From: Gammaproteobacteria bacterium
GTDB taxonomy: Bacteria > Pseudomonadota > Gammaproteobacteria > Natronospirales > REEB76
DNA: 64,000 bases
Assembly: GCA_027315405.1 (NCBI GenBank)
Contig: DAHUYB010000077.1
Span: 24,286-88,285, forward strand
Direction: 5' to 3'
Numbering within the stretch: the stretch's first letter is position 1; every line of letters begins with the position of its first letter. Shown piece by piece: positions 58,740-64,000 of this stretch. The notes beneath the pieces were generated by a model. That model saw only the letters and a program-made list of their open reading frames with translations. It was not told the origin of the DNA and searched no databases. The position numbers were made by a program, and so were the translations under genes.

Positions 58740-59812
58740 GGCGCTTGCCTCTCGTAAGGGAAACACAGGCACACCCGATAAAACCCGTCAGCGGTATTGA
58801 CGCTCAGACTGGCGCGCTCGGGCCACGCGAGCATCAGGCGCTGGCGCACGTTTTCCATTGCCATCTGATTGCCGTGCCGCCGTGGCGCGTTCTCCGGCGG
58901 CAGCGGGTTGCTGATTTCTATATTGAGGATATCGGCGTCGCGTGTGCCAAGGACCTCGACGGTGCCGCCGTGAGGCTGGGTCTCGATGCCGTGGTAAATG
59001 GCGTTTTCGAGCAGCGGTTGCAGCAACAGCTGCGGCACGTGCGCATCCACCGGCAACGCATCGGTCTGCCAGTTCACCTTGAGGCGCTCACCGAGGCGCA
59101 ATTCCTCGATGCGCTGGTACTGTTGTGCCATTGCCATCTCCTCGGCGAGCGTCACCGTAGGACTGGTTTTTTTGAGGCTGGCCCGGAACAGGTCGGCCAA
59201 ATCCTCGATGGTGCGTTCCGCCAGATCCGGATTGCTGCGGATGAGCGCGGCGATGGTATTTATGCTGTTGAACAGGAAATGCGGATGAATACGCGCCTGT
59301 AGTGCTTCGATACGGGCGCGCGCCTCGCGCTGCACGTTGCGTTTCCACTGATGTTGCACGTAGAAATAGCGTAGCACCAGGATACTGACGATGACGCATA
59401 TCAAGAGATTGCGCAGCACGAAACCGGTATGACTCAGGGGTAGAAAGGTTTGGCCGATACCGGTGTAGTTGGATAGCCGGAAGGCGATCTCGCTTAACAC
59501 CCCGGTGGTGATGAGCAGCAGTATGAAACTCACGGCCGCGGCGCGGCGCAAGGGCATGCGCATCAGGAACTTGCGCGTGGCGCACAGCACGCCGGCGCTG
59601 GTCAGCCCGATCCATTGGAGGAACAGCGAAATGCGCGCCAGATCCAGCCACAGCACCGTGCCCTCGCCCGGCAGGTGGCGCGCGATCACCAGCACGAAGG
59701 CGGTGAGCTCTGCAATCAGTATCACCACCAGCACCACTGGCGCCGAACAGAAGTCCGGCAGGAAAAACTCCTCGGGCGCGGTTTTGGCGGAGTCGCTTTT
59801 GGCCATGTGCAT
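58736..59812 (-). CDS. algZ: LytS/YehU-type sensor histidine kinase (AlgZ/FimS-like)
   Basis: Four N-terminal TM helices, His_kinase motif IHPHFLFNSINTI, and a C-terminal HATPase. The start is taken at ATG 59812 (the track uses TTG 59842). Confidence 0.82.
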   Translation of the reverse strand: MHMAKSDSAKTAPEEFFLPDFCSAPVVLVVILIAELTAFVLVIARHLPGEGTVLWLDLARISLFLQWIGLTSAGVLCATRKFLMRMPLRRAAAVSFILLLITTGVLSEIAFRLSNYTGIGQTFLPLSHTGFVLRNLLICVIVSILVLRYFYVQHQWKRNVQREARARIEALQARIHPHFLFNSINTIAALIRSNPDLAERTIEDLADLFRASLKKTSPTVTLAEEMAMAQQYQRIEELRLGERLKVNWQTDALPVDAHVPQLLLQPLLENAIYHGIETQPHGGTVEVLGTRDADILNIEISNPLPPENAPRRHGNQMAMENVRQRLMLAWPERASLSVNTADGFYRVCLCFPYERQAP

Positions 59813-59846
59813 CAGTGTCGGAGGTTCCGGCGCGGCGGGCAAGAGT
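59746..59846. repeat. copy A of the diverged ~100-nt repeat (5' end of algZ plus about 35 nt upstream)
   Basis: Hand alignment to 61184..61283 gives about 77 identical positions of 101 with one 1-nt gap. Confidence 0.75.
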
Positions 59847-60118
59847 GTTGGTCATCAAGCGTTGCGATCACAAGGGGGATACCTGTATTTGGTTATCGGT
59901 GGTGCCCCGTTTCTCCCCCCGCGGATTGCCGGACTCCAGGTTCACCTCGCTTCGCCCGGTTCCTCAGGTGCGGCCTTCTCCGGCCCGATGAGACGGGCCG
60001 GAGTTGGCTTGCATGTATGGATCGGTGTCTTGAAAACCGCTGGCAGACGGCCTCGGCAGCCTACGCCCACGCCACGTTTGTCATGGCACTTGTTTTATGG
60101 GGCAGGCCATGTGCGCAT

Positions 60119-61075
60119 TCATGGCGTGTCTTGCGCAGGCGCTTCGTTGGCAATGTCGGCCACGCACAGCCACAGTCCGCCCGGAGCCCGGCGCCAGACA
60201 CTGATCCCGCGGGTGTGCAGCTTCACCAGCTTACCGTTCGAGTCCGGAAACGTCATCACATCGACGCCGCGCATGAATGCCATGCTGCCGTCACTGGAGA
60301 ACATCGGTTTTTCGGAGACCCAGTGGATGCTGAAGCCGGGTGTATGCAGGCTGTCCGCGACGTAGGCGCGGATGGCCGTCTTGCCTTCATAAATCTGTTG
60401 CCCCGGTTCGACGACGATGGCGTCGTCGCTCCAATAGGAAACGATTTTCTCAATATCCTTCCCGGCGGTTGCGGCAGCGGCCCACTCCGCATCGCGTTGC
60501 AACAACACCTTGCTTTCGGCTTCAGCGTCGAAAGCAGTGCGCACGTGGTCACAGACTTCCTCGTCGGTTTTGACCCATCGGCCGTTTTCGTCTTGTACCT
60601 TGCCGGTGTGCGCGGGTGCGTTGCTGCCTGCCCTGCCGTAGATATCACGCCCGTGGACCAGTTTGCCGTGCTCCATGTTGCTGTATTCGAAGGTCAAGGT
60701 GTCGCCGACCGGGCCATTGCTGGTCGAGGTGTTGTGGCCGAACAGATCGACGATGCTCTGGACGTACTGTTTGGTGGCTGCGTCATAGCCGATGTAGCCA
60801 CCGATGTGATACGGATGCGGACTCGCGGCGGTGTGCGTTGCGTCGTAAGTGAAATGAATCCAGGCCCCGCCGACCGCCAGCTCGCCTTGCGCGATGCCGG
60901 TCGTAATGGTCTGCGGGCGGTACCTGGTTGCGAACAGCGTGCTGGTGCAATCCCGCGTGCCGGGAAAGATATAAGGTGCAATACGAGCCAGTTCCGGCGG
61001 CGGCACGTTCTGCGCCAGCAGCGACGCGCTCACACAGGTCAGGGTGAAAGCGATACCAAGCTGGAATGTTTTCAT
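60119..61075 (-). CDS. secreted two-domain protein with C-terminal DUF4440/SnoaL-like (NTF2 fold) domain
   Basis: Signal peptide MKTFQLGIAFTLTCVSASLLA. The C-terminal ~130 aa (LLQRDAEWAAAATAGKDIEKIVSYWSDDAIVVEPGQ...GISVWRRAPGGLWLCVADI) fit DUF4440. Confidence 0.7.
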   Translation of the reverse strand: MKTFQLGIAFTLTCVSASLLAQNVPPPELARIAPYIFPGTRDCTSTLFATRYRPQTITTGIAQGELAVGGAWIHFTYDATHTAASPHPYHIGGYIGYDAATKQYVQSIVDLFGHNTSTSNGPVGDTLTFEYSNMEHGKLVHGRDIYGRAGSNAPAHTGKVQDENGRWVKTDEEVCDHVRTAFDAEAESKVLLQRDAEWAAAATAGKDIEKIVSYWSDDAIVVEPGQQIYEGKTAIRAYVADSLHTPGFSIHWVSEKPMFSSDGSMAFMRGVDVMTFPDSNGKLVKLHTRGISVWRRAPGGLWLCVADIANEAPAQDTP

Positions 61076-61159
61076 GATGTCCTTCTCTCCCGTGGCTGCG
61101 GCAGTTCACCCGCCGCGTTGCGCAATGCGTCCATATCGGCGTCAGCGCCATCCTATGGG

Positions 61160-61283
61160 CCGCGTACATCACCGCCGGCGCGCAACAGAAATCCGGCAGG
61201 AACAATTCCCCAAAGGCGGTCTGCCGGATTCGTTTTCGGCCGTGCCCATGAGTGTCGGAGGTTTTGCTGCGGTCGGCAAGAGT
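61160..61283 (-). pseudogene. frameshifted 5' fragment of an algZ-like kinase gene (copy B of the repeat)
   Basis: The minus strand keeps the ATG (61249..61247) and, after a 1-nt deletion, the ELFLPDFCCAPAV segment, which is homologous to EEFFLPDFCSAPVV of AlgZ. Homology stops after about 25 codons. Confidence 0.55.
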
Positions 61284-61321
61284 ACCCGGCAGCCTGCGCT
61301 GCCAGGCCTGTTGCATCTGGT

Positions 61322-62200
61322 TCAGCGCCCAAACAGGCGGCGCTTGAGACGGTGCAGGGAGGAGATGTCCTCCTCGCCGTGGCTGGTTTCCAGCAGATGC
61401 CGGTAATGCAGCAGCGTCATCTCCACCAGCGGCAATTGCACGCCGCGGGCGGCGGCCATCCGCTGGACGATCTTCAGATCCTTTTCATGCAGCGCCACTT
61501 TGAAACCCAAAGGGTAGCGGCCTGCGACCATGCTGGGACCGCGGTGGCTCATGAACCAGGAGCCGGCAGCGCCGCTGCCCACCACCTCGATGACCTTGTC
61601 CAGTGGCAGACCCTCGGCTTCGGCGAACGCCAACGCCTCGCTAACCGCCTGGGCGATGCCGGCCACGGCGATTTGATTCACGGCTTTGGTAGCTTGCCCC
61701 GCGCCCACCGGCCCCATCAGTACGATGCGCTGGCCGAGGGCGCTGAGTATCGGCTGCGCACGCGCGAAAACTTTTTCATCGCCGCCGCACATGATGGCGA
61801 GCGTACCCTGCTTTGCACCTTCTGTACCGCCGGATACCGGGCAGTCGAGAAAATCAATTTTGTTTTTGGCCAAGCGTTGCGCTGCAGTACGTGCGGTCGC
61901 GGTGCTCACCGTGGAGCAGTCGACTACCAGCGCATCCGGTTTGAGATTCGTCGCCAGCTGATCCACCACATCCAAGACGTCCTGATCAGCGGATACACAC
62001 GTCGCTACCGCGTCGCAGTGTTTTGCCAGTTCGGCAATATCCTTGACAGCCAGACAACCGATTTCCTTCGCCAGCGCTTCGGCCTTGGAATGCGTGCGGT
62101 TGTATGCCGCGGCGAGCAGCCCGGCCTTGTGCAGATTGAGCGCCATGGGATAACCCATGGCGCCGAGCCCGATGAAACCCAGCTTGGAATATGTGGTCAT
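61322..62200 (-). CDS. NAD(P)-dependent beta-hydroxyacid dehydrogenase (3-hydroxyisobutyrate dehydrogenase family)
   Basis: From ATG 62200: KLGFIGLGAMGYPMALNL Rossmann motif, DCPVSGG, and the GAGQATKAVNQ family signature. Confidence 0.88.
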   Translation of the reverse strand: MTTYSKLGFIGLGAMGYPMALNLHKAGLLAAAYNRTHSKAEALAKEIGCLAVKDIAELAKHCDAVATCVSADQDVLDVVDQLATNLKPDALVVDCSTVSTATARTAAQRLAKNKIDFLDCPVSGGTEGAKQGTLAIMCGGDEKVFARAQPILSALGQRIVLMGPVGAGQATKAVNQIAVAGIAQAVSEALAFAEAEGLPLDKVIEVVGSGAAGSWFMSHRGPSMVAGRYPLGFKVALHEKDLKIVQRMAAARGVQLPLVEMTLLHYRHLLETSHGEEDISSLHRLKRRLFGR

Positions 62201-62273
62201 TTGTATTTCCGGATAAAGTCCAGGGGAAAACCGTTTTCTTAATGAATGCATACGCTACGCTGTGCCGTGTGTT

Positions 62274-63560
62274 TCAAATCCCTGCCGCTTGTGGCTTGCT
62301 AACGCCGACATTGCGCAACTGCCGGCTGTTGAGACAGACGAGCGCAATCGCCGTCAAGGTCAAACCGGCGCCGGCGAATAACGCGGTCAATGAAATCACC
62401 TTGAGCAAACCACCGGCCACCGCCGCGGATACGGGACCCAAGCCCATGAAGGTGAACAGCAGCACACTCATGGTGCGCCCCATCATTTCTTGGGATACCC
62501 GCTGTTGTATCCAGGTAAAGATGGCGATCTGTGCGATACCGGCGAGTACGCCGACACAGGCGAGCAGCGCGGCACCGGTGAATGTCGAATGGATGAGCGT
62601 CAGCCCTGCCAGCGCCAGGCCGGCAAGGCTGTCAATGCACAGCACCATGAGACCGAGCCGCCCGCGCATCAAGCGTGCCCCGATCCCGGAGAGAAAGCTG
62701 CCCACGAGGATGCCGCCGCCATTGGCGGTCATTAGAATACCCAGGGACGCGGCCCCCAGATCAAGGCGTGTGTCCGCGAGCACCGGTAGGCCCACCTGGA
62801 TGGGTCCGCCCACAAACACCGAGACCACCGCAGCGTAGAGGATGAAGGCACGCAGCGGCAGGTCCGCCCAGATGGTGCGTATCCCAGTCGCTACATTCGC
62901 CAGCACGCTGCCGACCGGTTGCGGCGGATGCCGGTCGCTGTGGATGCGGATCATGGCCAGCGAAGCGAGTGAGAACAGGAAACTTATCGCGTCGATGCTG
63001 AAGGCCAGTCCCATGCCGCGGGCATCGGCGAGCGCATGCTGATGGCTGTTGGCGCCCATGCTGATGATAACGCCGGCCAATACCGGGCCCACGAACATCG
63101 AGAGTTGACGCATTCCCATGAACAAGGCATTCGCGCCGCGCAGCTGCTGTGGTTCCACCAACTGCGGCAGGATCGCCGAGCCCGCCGGATAGGCAAAGGC
63201 GGTAGCCAGGCCGATCCCCAGGGCCAGCAGGTACACCATCCACATCTGGATGGCGCTGGTGAGCACCAAGACCGCGAGGATGGCGACGCAGGCGGTATTG
63301 ATGGCGCGCGCGCCCAGCAGCACGCGCCGCGGTGACATCCGGTCCACCACCGCCCCGCCAATGAGCATGAAAGCCGCGCGTGGCAGCGCCATGACCGCCA
63401 ATACGATGCCGAGGGCCGCGGGATCACCGGTCAACTTCAGTACCAGCCACGGCAATGCCACCAGCGTGAACTGATCGCCCAGGGCCGAAACCGAGCTGCC
63501 ACCGAAGAGCAGATTGAAATTGCGATTGGAAAATACCGATTTAGACCGCTGCTCTTGCAT
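62274..63560 (-). CDS. MFS transporter
   Basis: About 12 TM helices. RNFNLLFGGSSVSALGDQF...VDRMSPRRVLL is typical of the MFS_3/EntS-like subgroup. The start is set at ATG 63560. Confidence 0.85.
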   Translation of the reverse strand: MQEQRSKSVFSNRNFNLLFGGSSVSALGDQFTLVALPWLVLKLTGDPAALGIVLAVMALPRAAFMLIGGAVVDRMSPRRVLLGARAINTACVAILAVLVLTSAIQMWMVYLLALGIGLATAFAYPAGSAILPQLVEPQQLRGANALFMGMRQLSMFVGPVLAGVIISMGANSHQHALADARGMGLAFSIDAISFLFSLASLAMIRIHSDRHPPQPVGSVLANVATGIRTIWADLPLRAFILYAAVVSVFVGGPIQVGLPVLADTRLDLGAASLGILMTANGGGILVGSFLSGIGARLMRGRLGLMVLCIDSLAGLALAGLTLIHSTFTGAALLACVGVLAGIAQIAIFTWIQQRVSQEMMGRTMSVLLFTFMGLGPVSAAVAGGLLKVISLTALFAGAGLTLTAIALVCLNSRQLRNVGVSKPQAAGI

Positions 63561-63607
63561 CTTAACTATTGTTCCATGACTGTCTGGCGCCAATTCCCCG
63601 CACGTTC

Positions 63608-64000
63608 CTACTTCTCAAGATAGGTGTAACCCTTCAAGCCTTCTTCCAGTTCTTTTAAATATTGTGCGCGTTGGTAGGGGTCGAGGGTGGTGGCCGCGTC
63701 AATTTTGTTGTGATAACGGGCCACGAGCTCGATGGGTTCGAAGTGCACGTAGCGCAGCACCACTTCGGCGGTGTCACCCTGTTCCGGTTTCAGCAGCTTG
63801 TAACCATTATCCTTGTCCAGTTCCACATTCACCGAGTCGGTGTCGCCGAACAGATTGTGCATGTCGCCGAGGATTTCCTGGTAGGCGCCTACCATGAAGA
63901 ATCCCAGATAATAGGGCTCACCGTTGCGCATGGCATGCACCGGCATAGTGGCTTCCAGTTCTTCCTCGTCTACGTACTGTTCGATGCGGCCGTCGGAATC
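63608..64000 (-). CDS. speA: biosynthetic arginine decarboxylase, 3' end (the gene continues beyond the window edge)
   Basis: YYLGFFMVGAYQEILGDMHNLFGDTDSV...LRYVHFEPIEL...LKELEEGLKGYTYLE is the conserved SpeA C-terminus. The frame stays open to position 64000. Confidence 0.9.
   Translation of the reverse strand, partial: DSDGRIEQYVDEEELEATMPVHAMRNGEPYYLGFFMVGAYQEILGDMHNLFGDTDSVNVELDKDNGYKLLKPEQGDTAEVVLRYVHFEPIELVARYHNKIDAATTLDPYQRAQYLKELEEGLKGYTYLEK

Noticed and set aside
59615-62242. 875-aa plus-strand ORF, the longest in the track
   Set aside because: It runs antisense across four well-supported minus-strand features: the 5' end of algZ, the DUF4440 protein gene, the algZ fragment and the oxidoreductase gene. 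Its translation is Arg/Ala/Gly-rich and low-complexity with no recognisable motif. This is the typical stop-codon-poor shadow frame of GC-rich DNA.

Overview
This window is the replication-origin region of a GC-rich gammaproteobacterial chromosome. Gene order closely parallels Pseudomonas. On the minus strand at the left edge are yidC, yidD, rnpA and rpmH. They face dnaA-dnaN-recF-gyrB on the plus strand. After that come acyltransferase-gmhB-glyS-glyQ, glnA with a sigma54/NtrC promoter, a PAT-type acetyltransferase, DUF4124-ntrB-ntrC, trmL, rhodanese-grxC-secB-gpsA, envC-ctpA-yibQ, uvrD, pip-dtd, tatABC, a yadGH-like ABC pair, a lemA-TPM-TPM module, a malic enzyme, algZ-algR-hemCDXY and the 3' end of speA. 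Most of the window is housekeeping. I found no tRNA, rRNA, CRISPR array, IS element, transposase or integrase.

Accessory or unusual content:
1. A 4.6-kb colicin V-type (class II microcin) locus at 42.2-46.8 kb. It has a 66-aa double-glycine-leader peptide, a putative immunity membrane protein, a CvaA-like fusion protein and a CvaB-like C39-ABC exporter. It sits as an integrase-less islet between two copies of the 3' end of a DUF192 gene that share a 34/35-nt direct repeat. The cvaA-like gene is split at a G7 tract, and a G10 tract lies in a promoter-like spacer upstream of the peptide gene.
2. An intergenic candidate Csr/Rsm-type sRNA at 33.67-33.82 kb. It has 7 GGA motifs, a strong terminator and a GacA/UvrY-like upstream box.
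3. A second four-hairpin structured RNA element at 13.78-14.03 kb, between the glnA-linked acetyltransferase gene and the DUF4124-ntrBC genes.
4. A spore-coat-U (Csu-type) chaperone-usher pilus operon.
5. A DUF4440 gene cassette flanked by two diverged copies of the 5' end of the algZ-like kinase gene.
6. An rnpA frame with no canonical start codon downstream of rpmH, which may indicate a Thermus-like full overlap of the two genes.
7. A likely oriC/DUE in the dnaA-dnaN spacer.

All calls come from reading the sequence and ORF translations. No database search was run. All motif counts and alignments were done by hand.
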